Positions 27,317-35,385 of a DNA stretch of 64,000 nucleotides are shown here, piece by piece (positions within the stretch are counted from its first letter, which is position 1; each line of letters opens with the position of its first letter). Both the position numbers and the translations under genes were made by a program. Origin of the DNA: Pirellulales bacterium. Lineage in GTDB: Bacteria > Planctomycetota > Planctomycetia > Pirellulales > JAICIG01. A model generated the notes under the pieces. The model worked only from the letters and a program-made list of their open reading frames with translations, made no database searches and was not told the origin of the DNA. The stretch lies in NCBI GenBank assembly GCA_040901675.1, contig JBBDYJ010000031.1, forward strand, positions 266,103 through 330,102, read 5' to 3'.

Positions 27317-28966
27317 GTGAACACTCGTTGTTGCGTCTGGCTGCTGGCGGCGATCGGTTGGTCTTGCCTCGATCGCCCGCTTTGGGCCGCCGACCTCAAC
27401 GAGCGTAACGAAACCGCGGCCGCCACCGACGCAGGCCGACCTGACGCCGGCCGGGCTGGCGCCGATGCGGACGGTCTGGCCGGGGCCCAGGCGGCACGCC
27501 TGGCCAGTGCCCGCCTGGCGGCCCTGGAGTCGATCACGGCCGAGGACATCCAACGGCACGTCGAGGCGCTGGCCGACGACACGTTCGAAGGCCGCGAGGC
27601 GGGCAGCCGGGGCGGCCGGGCGGCGGCCGGCTACCTGGGCCGCGAGTATCAGAAGAACAAGCTGGCCGGCGGCGGCACGGGCGGCGGCTACTACCAGGTG
27701 TTCGGCCCGCAATACCGCAACCTGCTGGGCCTGCTGCCTGGCAGCGATCCGCTGCTGGCCGACGAGGTGATCGTCGTGGGGGCCCACTACGACCACGTGG
27801 GCTACGGCAACGCGACCAACAGCTACGGCCCCGTCGGATACATCCACAACGGGGCCGACGATAACGCCAGCGGCACCGCGGGGCTGCTGGAGGTGGTCGA
27901 GGCGCTGGCGAGCATGGAGAGCAGGCCGAAGCGGTCGATCCTGTTCGCGCTCTGGGACGGCGAGGAGAAGGGACTGCTCGGCTCGCGGCACTGGGTCAAC
28001 GAGCCCACGCTGGCACTGGAGCGGGTGACGATCATGCTCAACATGGACATGATCGGCCGCCTGCGCAACGATCGGCTGGAGGTGTACGGCATCCGCAGCA
28101 GCCGCGGCCTGCGGCGGATGGTCAGCCTGGCCAACAGAGACTCGAACCTGGTGCTCGACTTCCAGTGGGACATGCGGGAGGACAGCGACCATTTTTCGTT
28201 CTACGACCGCGGCCTCCCCGTGCTGATGCTGCACACCGGGCTGCACGAGGACTACCACCGTCCCGGCGACGACGCGGAAAAGATCAACCTGGCGGGCGCC
28301 GAGCGCGTCGGCCGCCTGCTGTTCAATATGCTGATCGATTTGGCCGATCGTCCGGACATCTCCGGCTTTCGCCAGGCCTCGCACAGCGAGTCGGCCGCCG
28401 CGCGCCGGGCGCTGGAGCGGCCGCTGCCGCCGCTGCCCGGCCGGCTGGGGATCACCTGGGATCTGAAGATGGACGCCGAGGGACGCGGCCTGTGGGTGAC
28501 GCGCGTGGCGGCCGGTTCTCCCGCGGCGCTGGGGGGCATCCGCCCCGGCGACCGCATCGTGCGGTTCGACGGCCGCCCGGTCGATCGCGGTGCCGCGTTG
28601 CGGGCCATGGCCCTTGCGGCCGAGAGCCCGGTCGAGGTGAGCCTCGTGCGAGCGCCTGCCAGCGAGCCGATTGAGCTGAGCTTGCAGTTGCGCGGCGACC
28701 CGGTGCGTTTGGGCTTGTCGTGGCGGGCCGACGATGCCGAGCCCGGCAGCGTGCTTTTGACGCGCGTCGTGCCCGACTCGCCCGCGGCGCGGGCCGGCCT
28801 GCGGGTGCAGGACCGCATCTACCAGGTATCGGGCCAGTCCGTCGCGAGCAGCGACGAGTTGGCTCGCCTCTTGCTCGAGTCGGGTGGTCCCGTCGAGCTG
28901 GCCGTCGAGCGGCAGGGCCGCGTGAGCAGCGTGCTGTTGCCCCCCTCGGGCTTTGCAGGCGAGTAA
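27317..28966 (+). CDS. M28 family aminopeptidase with two PDZ domains
   Basis: GAHYDHVG, NGADDNASG, GEEKGLLGS, NMDMIGR, SDH, DYHRPGD; two SPAA.(A/G)G(I/L)R..DRI PDZ motifs. Confidence 0.92.
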   Translation: MNTRCCVWLLAAIGWSCLDRPLWAADLNERNETAAATDAGRPDAGRAGADADGLAGAQAARLASARLAALESITAEDIQRHVEALADDTFEGREAGSRGGRAAAGYLGREYQKNKLAGGGTGGGYYQVFGPQYRNLLGLLPGSDPLLADEVIVVGAHYDHVGYGNATNSYGPVGYIHNGADDNASGTAGLLEVVEALASMESRPKRSILFALWDGEEKGLLGSRHWVNEPTLALERVTIMLNMDMIGRLRNDRLEVYGIRSSRGLRRMVSLANRDSNLVLDFQWDMREDSDHFSFYDRGLPVLMLHTGLHEDYHRPGDDAEKINLAGAERVGRLLFNMLIDLADRPDISGFRQASHSESAAARRALERPLPPLPGRLGITWDLKMDAEGRGLWVTRVAAGSPAALGGIRPGDRIVRFDGRPVDRGAALRAMALAAESPVEVSLVRAPASEPIELSLQLRGDPVRLGLSWRADDAEPGSVLLTRVVPDSPAARAGLRVQDRIYQVSGQSVASSDELARLLLESGGPVELAVERQGRVSSVLLPPSGFAGE

Positions 28967-28987
28967 AGACAGAAGTCGGGAGCGACC

Positions 28988-29157
28988 ACACTAACCCGAC
29001 GCGCCAGCGAGAGGCCAGTCGCCCCAGCGACCACGTCCTCGACCTGACACGGCTAACAGGGCTCCTCAGCTTGGACGCCTCTCGCTGGCGCGTCGGGTCG
29101 TTGCACGCTCCTCGTGTGCTCGGGATACGCCTCTCGCTGGCGAGAGCGGGTTAGTGT
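28988..29157. repeat. REP/MITE-like inverted repeats (acactaacccgacgcgccagcgagagg / cctctcgctggcgcgtcgggt)
   Basis: One forward and two inverted copies; another copy at 60415-60439. Confidence 0.8.
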
Positions 29158-29197
29158 TACCACGCTTCGAAGCGCTAGCCTCTCCAAGGGTGGCCGA

Positions 29198-29575
29198 ACT
29201 CCTGGTCCTTGACTCCTGGCTCCTGACTCCTGATCCTTGACTCCCATGCCGTGCTGCAAGTCCGCCTCTGGAGGATCCCCTGGTCTCCTTGTCGGATTCT
29301 CGTCCTTCTCCCGGTCCCCTATTCGCTGTACGCTGTCCCCAGGTGGGCCGGCAAGGCACCATCTTCGGAGCGAGCGGAGCAGGTTGGTGGCGATGCTCGA
29401 CCGGGCGAAACCCGACGCTGCAAGGGAGGAAAGATTGTTCGATGGTTGAGGTGCTCGTGCTCGACGTCGGTCCTCTCGCCATGTCGCTGGACCTCTGCCT
29501 TCTGACCTCTGACCTCTGCCTTCTGACTCCTGACTTCTGATCTCTGACTTCCGACCTCTGACTTCTGACCTCCGC
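29198..29575. repeat. Heptamer tandem tracts (CTCCTGA near 29200-29240; CTCTGAC/TTCTGAC near 29490-29570)
   Basis: Visible 7-bp periodicity. Confidence 0.8.
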
Positions 29576-29589
29576 CTCCCGCGCGCTCC

Positions 29590-30306
29590 ATGAAACTGTC
29601 CCTGATGATCACCTGCATGGGCGACGTGCTGCGCCCGGAAGTGGGCCAGGCCACGGTGCGGCTGCTGCGCAAGCTGGGGCACGAGATCGAGTTCCCCGAG
29701 GACCAGACCTGCTGCGGCCAGCCGTTTTTCAACAGCGGCTTTGCCGACCTGGCCCGCCAGCAGGCCAGGCACACGATTCATGTTTTCTCCGATCCGCGGC
29801 CGGTCGTCGTTCCCTCCGGCTCGTGTGCGGCCATGGTCAAGCTCGAGTATCCGCACCTGCTCGAGGGCGACCCCGAGTGGCACCCGCGGGCCGTCGAGCT
29901 GGCTGAGCGCACGTTCGAGCTGGGCGACTTTTTGGTCAACCAGCTCAAGGTGCTCGACGTGGGGGCCCGCTACCAGGGCCGGCTGACCTATCACTATGCC
30001 TGCCACCTGCGCGGGCTGGGGCTGACGGGCCACGTCGAGCAACTCATCGAGCACGTCGAGGGCGCCACGCTGGTGCCTTTGCGGCATCTGGACCAATGCT
30101 GCGGGTTTGGCGGCTCGTTCTCCATCCGCTATCCGGAGATCTCGACCGCCATGGTCAGCGACAAGGTGCGCTGCATCCTCGAGACCGAGGCCGACGCCGT
30201 CGTCTCCACCGACCTCGGCTGCCTGGTGAACATCGGCGGCCGCCTGCACCGGCAGGGCCGCGAGCTGGAGGTGCTGCACCTGGCGGAGCTGCTGGTCAAG
30301 GAGTGA
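29590..30306 (+). CDS. lutA: Lactate utilisation protein A / YkgE (two CCG domains)
   Basis: QTCCGQPFFNSG, SGSCAAM, YH.ACH..R, CCGFGGSF, DLGCL.NIGG. Confidence 0.88.
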   Translation: MKLSLMITCMGDVLRPEVGQATVRLLRKLGHEIEFPEDQTCCGQPFFNSGFADLARQQARHTIHVFSDPRPVVVPSGSCAAMVKLEYPHLLEGDPEWHPRAVELAERTFELGDFLVNQLKVLDVGARYQGRLTYHYACHLRGLGLTGHVEQLIEHVEGATLVPLRHLDQCCGFGGSFSIRYPEISTAMVSDKVRCILETEADAVVSTDLGCLVNIGGRLHRQGRELEVLHLAELLVKE

Positions 30307-30468
30307 GGAGGGGGAAGGCAGAGGGAGAAAGGAGGAAGGAGGTACTTGGCACTTGGATTATGGTGCTTGGCACTTGGCACTTTGGGGCTTTCCTAAGTTC
30401 TAAGATCCAAGTACCAAGATCTGCCTTCGGGGTCGCCGCTGTTGCAGGCAAGTGCCGCACACCGGACA

Positions 30469-31485
30469 ATGACCGGCATGGAAGCATTCGAGCCAAATGA
30501 GCCGAGAAAACGGCGGTGGCGCTGGCGCCAGTATAGCCTGTCGACGCTGCTGGTCGTCGTGACCATCGTGGCCGTGGGCCTCGGCCTGGTGACCAGCCGT
30601 GCCGAGCGGCAACGGCGAGCGGTAGCGGCTATACGCGAGGCAGGGGGCTACGTATGGTACGACTTTGAGCGTGGCCAGCCCGGCAGTAAAACACCGCCGC
30701 CGGGGCCCGACTGGCTGCGGCCCATTCTCGGCGTGGACTATTTTGCCGACGTGGTGGGGGCTTCGGCATCGCGCATGACCGACGCGACATGCTCGCACTT
30801 CAGCGCGTTGCCGAAGTTGGAAAACTTGAGCCTGGGCAACACGCAAGTCACCGACGCCGGGCTCGCCCACTTGGCGGGGCTGACGAGCCTCAAGGAGCTT
30901 GACCTGAGGGGCACACGGGTCACCGGTACCGGACTTGGGCACCTGACGGGGTTAACCCGGCTACAGGCGCTGTTCCTGGATGGCACGCCGGTCACCGATG
31001 CCGGCCTTGCGGATCTGGGCGAGTTGACGAGTCTCCAGAGACTGGGGCTGTCCGGCAGGCAGGTCACCGACGCGGGACTGGCGCATCTGGCCGGGCTGAC
31101 GAGCCTGCGTGAGCTGAACCTAAACAACACGCAGATCACCGATGCCGGCCTGGCGCAGTTGACCGAGTCGACAAGCCTGGGATGGCTGGCCCTCAATAAC
31201 ACGCAGATCACCGACGCGGGACTTGCGCATCTGGCCGCGATGAAAAGCCTGTGGCGATTGGACCTGAATGACCCGCAGATCACCGACGCTGGACTTGCGC
31301 ATCTGGGCAGGTCGACGACGCTGGAAGTGCTGCAACTGCATGGACCGCAGATCACCGACGCCGGCCTGGCGCACCTGGCCAGGCTGACGAGCCTACAAAG
31401 CCTTAGACTCCGTGGCACGCAGGTCACCGACGGGGGTTGCGACAGGTTGCGGCAGGCCCTGCCTGGGTGCTCCGTTGGGCACTAG
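30469..31485 (+). CDS. Membrane-anchored leucine-rich repeat protein 1
   Basis: RQYSLSTLL TM anchor; 24-aa repeats LxxLxxLxLxxTQ(V/I)TDAGLAHL. Confidence 0.9.
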   Translation: MTGMEAFEPNEPRKRRWRWRQYSLSTLLVVVTIVAVGLGLVTSRAERQRRAVAAIREAGGYVWYDFERGQPGSKTPPPGPDWLRPILGVDYFADVVGASASRMTDATCSHFSALPKLENLSLGNTQVTDAGLAHLAGLTSLKELDLRGTRVTGTGLGHLTGLTRLQALFLDGTPVTDAGLADLGELTSLQRLGLSGRQVTDAGLAHLAGLTSLRELNLNNTQITDAGLAQLTESTSLGWLALNNTQITDAGLAHLAAMKSLWRLDLNDPQITDAGLAHLGRSTTLEVLQLHGPQITDAGLAHLARLTSLQSLRLRGTQVTDGGCDRLRQALPGCSVGH

Positions 31486-31577
31486 AGCAGCCGACAGGGG
31501 AGAAGGCAGAAGGAGGCGCTTAGGACTTGGGGCTTGGATCTTTGGATCTGTTGCAGACGCATTCCGCAGCGCGGACA

Positions 31578-32828
31578 ATGTCCGGCATGGAAGTATCCGA
31601 GCCAAAGAGGCCCAGGAAGCGGCGGTGGAGCTGGCGGCAGTACAGACTATCGACGCTGCTGGTCGTGGTGACCATCGTGGCCGTGGGCCTCGCCCTGGTC
31701 GTCGTTCCCGCTGAACGGCAGCGGCGCGCGGTAGCGGCGATCCGCGAGGCGGGGGGCTCGGTATTGTATGACTTTGAGTATGACTTTGAGCGTAGCTGGC
31801 CCAGGGTCAAAACACCGGACGACCTCCCGGGACCCGACTGGCTGTGGCGGATTGTGGGCGTGGACTATTTTGCCGACGTGGTGCGGATTTTCGCATCGGA
31901 CATGACCGATGCGACGTGCTCGCACTTGAGCGCGTTGACGAGCCTCGAACACTTGGACCTGGGTGACGCGCACGTCAGCGACGCCGGCCTTCCGCATCTG
32001 GCCCGACTGCCGAGGCTGAAGAAGCTGTACCTGAGTGGCACGCAGGTGACCGACGCCGGCCTTGCGCACCTCGCCGGGATGACGAGCCTCGAAGATCTGT
32101 GGCTGCACGACACGCGCGTCACTGGCGCCGGGCTGGTGCACCTCGCCGGGCTGACGAGCGTGAAAGAACTATTGCTGGAGAACTGCCAGGTCGCCGACGC
32201 AGACCTGAAACATCTAGCCGGGCTGACGAGCCTTAAAAGCCTGCACCTGAGTGGCACACAGGTGACCGACGCCGGCCTTGCGCACCTCGTCGGGCTGACG
32301 AGCCTGGAAGGCCTTTTCCTGAATGGCACGCAGGTCACCGATGCCGGCCTTGCGCATCTGGGCGGACTGACGAGACTGCGATGCCTTTGCCTGCGTGGCA
32401 CGCAGATCACCGATCCCGGCCTGGCGCATTTGGACCAGTTGACGAGCGTGTGGTGGCTGGACCTGACGGGCACGCAGGTCAGCGACGCCGGCCTTGCGCA
32501 TCTGCGCGGGCTGACGAGCCTGCAATGGCTGTGGCTGGGCGGCACGCAGGTCGCCGACGCCGGCCTTGCGGACCTCGCCGCGCTGACGCACCTAACAAGG
32601 CTGGACCTGCCGAGCACGCACGTCACAGACGCTGGCCTGGCGCATCTGGGCGGGTTGACGAACATGGAAAGCCTCGACTTGACCGGGACGCAGGTCACCG
32701 ACGCTGGACTAGCGCATCTGGCGGGGCTGACGAGCCTAATAATACTGGATCTGAGAGGCACGCAGGTCACGAAAGAAGGTTGCGACAAGCTGCAACAGTC
32801 CCTGCCGGCTTGCCGGATTGTTCGCTAG
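31578..32828 (+). CDS. Membrane-anchored leucine-rich repeat protein 2 (tandem paralog)
   Basis: Near-identical N-terminus to LRR1 and more 24-aa repeats. Confidence 0.9.
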   Translation: MSGMEVSEPKRPRKRRWSWRQYRLSTLLVVVTIVAVGLALVVVPAERQRRAVAAIREAGGSVLYDFEYDFERSWPRVKTPDDLPGPDWLWRIVGVDYFADVVRIFASDMTDATCSHLSALTSLEHLDLGDAHVSDAGLPHLARLPRLKKLYLSGTQVTDAGLAHLAGMTSLEDLWLHDTRVTGAGLVHLAGLTSVKELLLENCQVADADLKHLAGLTSLKSLHLSGTQVTDAGLAHLVGLTSLEGLFLNGTQVTDAGLAHLGGLTRLRCLCLRGTQITDPGLAHLDQLTSVWWLDLTGTQVSDAGLAHLRGLTSLQWLWLGGTQVADAGLADLAALTHLTRLDLPSTHVTDAGLAHLGGLTNMESLDLTGTQVTDAGLAHLAGLTSLIILDLRGTQVTKEGCDKLQQSLPACRIVR

Positions 32829-32879
32829 GAGGAAGGCAGAAGGAGGAAGGCAGAAGGAGGAAGGACAGGTGCTTGGTGC

Positions 32880-33446
32880 TTAGGACTTGGGGGCTTGGTG
32901 CTTGGAGCTTGTACTTGGCAGTTTTGGGCTCCGTCGGGGGTGGGCGCGATCCGCCTTGAGATCGAAGAGGAACTGGTTGTCAGCGCCTTTCTTGACGGTT
33001 GCCGTGAGACCCGACTCAAGGCTCGAGTATTCCTCCGGCAGGAGGTGTTTGATTTCCGATGCAGGCACCCCCTCGAACGTGAGGTCGTGGCGCCGATTGA
33101 TCCGTTGCCAATCTCTCTTGCTCACCACGACGGCGTAGTCGCCGGACAAGGCGCCATCGGGGCTGTACTTCGGGTTGAAGTAGGTGCTCAGCGTGAAATT
33201 ACCTTTGTCGTCGGTATAGCCGTAGGCTTGCTTGCACTCCCGATGCCGGGGAAGGAACGCGACTGTAGCTCCCGACACCGGCGCCCCATCCATGGTAATT
33301 GTCCCGCTGACTGGGATGGTCCGGGGGAGCCTTTCTGGCGCACTGATCCAGAAAACCACCGCAAGCACGGTGACGCACGCCAGAAGCGCGCGGAAGCTGA
33401 ACTGCAACCGCGGCCGGCCGTTCGGGTTTGGAACGGGTTGGGACAT
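32880..33446 (-). CDS. Carboxypeptidase-regulatory-like domain membrane protein
   Basis: LQFSFRALL anchor; PVSGTITMDGAPVSGATVAF, GYTDDKGNFTL, GALSGDYAVVVSK, LPEEYS. Confidence 0.8.
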   Translation of the reverse strand: MSQPVPNPNGRPRLQFSFRALLACVTVLAVVFWISAPERLPRTIPVSGTITMDGAPVSGATVAFLPRHRECKQAYGYTDDKGNFTLSTYFNPKYSPDGALSGDYAVVVSKRDWQRINRRHDLTFEGVPASEIKHLLPEEYSSLESGLTATVKKGADNQFLFDLKADRAHPRRSPKLPSTSSKHQAPKS

Positions 33447-33649
33447 TGAATCATCGAGCAGTCAGGCGCCAGCAAAGAACCGGCTGGCATCGACTGCCAA
33501 CAGTCATCATTCTAGTGGCACCGCTGGACCATATCCACAAATCGCCCCTTGTAGCCGGACGCAACTACCGCCCCGTAGACTTGCTCCGGGACGACTAGTC
33601 GCATAAACTGACGCTTGCGCGTTGGGGGCTTATTGGAGTACCCCGGCGC

Positions 33650-33792
33650 GCTGGGACTTTGACCCAGGCACCCCCGGGCGAAAAGCACGAAGGACGAGGA
33701 CTGGGGCACGCTTATCGCTTTGCCCCAGCCACCCGTGGGAAAGGAAGAAGGAAGAAGACTGGGGCACGCTGACGCTTTGCCCCAGCCACCCG
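33650..33792. repeat. Palindromic repeat family (gactggggcacgc...ctttgccccagccaccc), two copies plus one partial
   Basis: Copies at 33699 and 33757; partial copy at 33650. Confidence 0.75.
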
Positions 33793-33856
33793 GACGCCAG
33801 CCAACCGACACGCCACCTGCCAGCAACCAGTAACTAGCAACTACCGGCAACTAGCT

Positions 33857-35257
33857 ATGCCTGCGAATAGTCTACCGCTGAATGGCGAACGATGCGGCGA
33901 AGCGATCGCGCTTTCGCGGCGGGGATTGCTCAAGGCGGGCAGCCTGGGGCTGATGGGAGTCTCGCTGGCGCGGCTGCTTCAAGCCGACGAAGCGGCCCGC
34001 CAGGCTGGCATCACGCCGCGGGCCGATGCCTGCGTGCTGGTTTTCCTGAACGGCGGCCCCAGCCACCTCGACATGTGGGACATGAAGCCCGATGCGCCCG
34101 ACGGCATCCGCGGTGAGTTCAAGCCGATCTCCTCGTCGGTGCCGGGCCTGCAAGTCTCCGAACACCTGCCGCGGCTGGCCGGCCAGATGCACCGCTTCAG
34201 CCTGGTGCGATCGATGCACCATAGCGTCAACAATGCCCACGCGCTGGCCGTGTACACCAGCCTGACCGGCCACGACCGCGGCGATGGCACGGTGGCCGTC
34301 GGCACGGGGCCCAACGACTACCCGTCGCTCGGCTCGACGCTGGCCATGCTCCGCCCACCCCGCAAGACCAGCGTGCCAAGCGTCTGCCTGCCGTATATCA
34401 CCAAGGAAGGCGCCGGCGGACCGCCCCAGCCCGGATTCTTTGGCGGCTTCCTGGGCGGCGCCTACGATCCACTCTTCGTGCTCAAGAACCCCAACGAGCC
34501 CGACTTCGCCGTCCCCGAGCTCACTTTGTCGGCCGATGTGCCGGGCGATCGACTGGCTGCCCGGCGGAACCTGCTGTCCGAGGTGGAACAACCCTTCGTC
34601 GTCGGCCCGCCGCGGGCGGCCATCGACTCGATGGAGGGATTCCAGCAGCGGGCCCTCGACCTGCTCACGTCGGAAGCGGCCCAGCGCGCCTTCCGCATTG
34701 CCGACGAGCCGGACAACATCCGCCAGTCGTATGGCCGCAACATCTACGGTCAGAGCGTCCTGTTGGCCCGGCGGTTGATCGAGGCCGGCACGCGCGTCGT
34801 CACCATTTCCTGGGCGCCGGATGCCAACGCGACCTGGGACACGCACGGAGGCAATTTCAAGAAGCTCAAGAACGAGCTGCTGCCCCAGTTCGACGCGGCC
34901 TGCACCAGCCTGGTGACCGACCTGGCGGACCGCGGTCTGCTCGACCGCACACTGGTGGCCGTGCTGGGCGACTTCGGCCGCACGCCCAAGATCAACGGCA
35001 GCGACGCGGGCCGCGATCACTGGAATTACTGCTACAGCCTGATGCTGGGCGGGGGCGGGATCCGAGGCGGTTTCGTGTACGGCGCCAGCGACAAGATCGG
35101 CGCCTTTCCGGCCCGCGATCCGCTGGTGCCCGGCGACGTCATCTCGACGATTTACCACCTTCTGGGCGTGGCCAACGACCGCTGGATCGCGGATCAGCTC
35201 GGCCGGCCGCACCGGCTGGTGTCGAAAGGCGACGTTGTCGGCGAGCTGATTTCATAG
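33857..35257 (+). CDS. DUF1501 domain protein
   Basis: SRRGLLK Tat-like motif, GGPSHLDMWDMKP, WDTH, GDFGRTPKIN, GRDHW. Confidence 0.92.
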   Translation: MPANSLPLNGERCGEAIALSRRGLLKAGSLGLMGVSLARLLQADEAARQAGITPRADACVLVFLNGGPSHLDMWDMKPDAPDGIRGEFKPISSSVPGLQVSEHLPRLAGQMHRFSLVRSMHHSVNNAHALAVYTSLTGHDRGDGTVAVGTGPNDYPSLGSTLAMLRPPRKTSVPSVCLPYITKEGAGGPPQPGFFGGFLGGAYDPLFVLKNPNEPDFAVPELTLSADVPGDRLAARRNLLSEVEQPFVVGPPRAAIDSMEGFQQRALDLLTSEAAQRAFRIADEPDNIRQSYGRNIYGQSVLLARRLIEAGTRVVTISWAPDANATWDTHGGNFKKLKNELLPQFDAACTSLVTDLADRGLLDRTLVAVLGDFGRTPKINGSDAGRDHWNYCYSLMLGGGGIRGGFVYGASDKIGAFPARDPLVPGDVISTIYHLLGVANDRWIADQLGRPHRLVSKGDVVGELIS

Positions 35258-35385
35258 TTGCTAGTTCCTGGTTCCTAGTTTCTAGTTGCAGCAGGAAGGA
35301 GGAAGCGTCTCGAGTTCCGTCACCCGCTACGTGCCGACCCACCACCCCTCCGCCCGCCATCCATACCCTCCCCGGAGGCCACAAC

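Noticed and set aside
30469..32828. Diversity-generating retroelement target
   Set aside because: There is no reverse transcriptase and no template repeat with adenine-specific differences.
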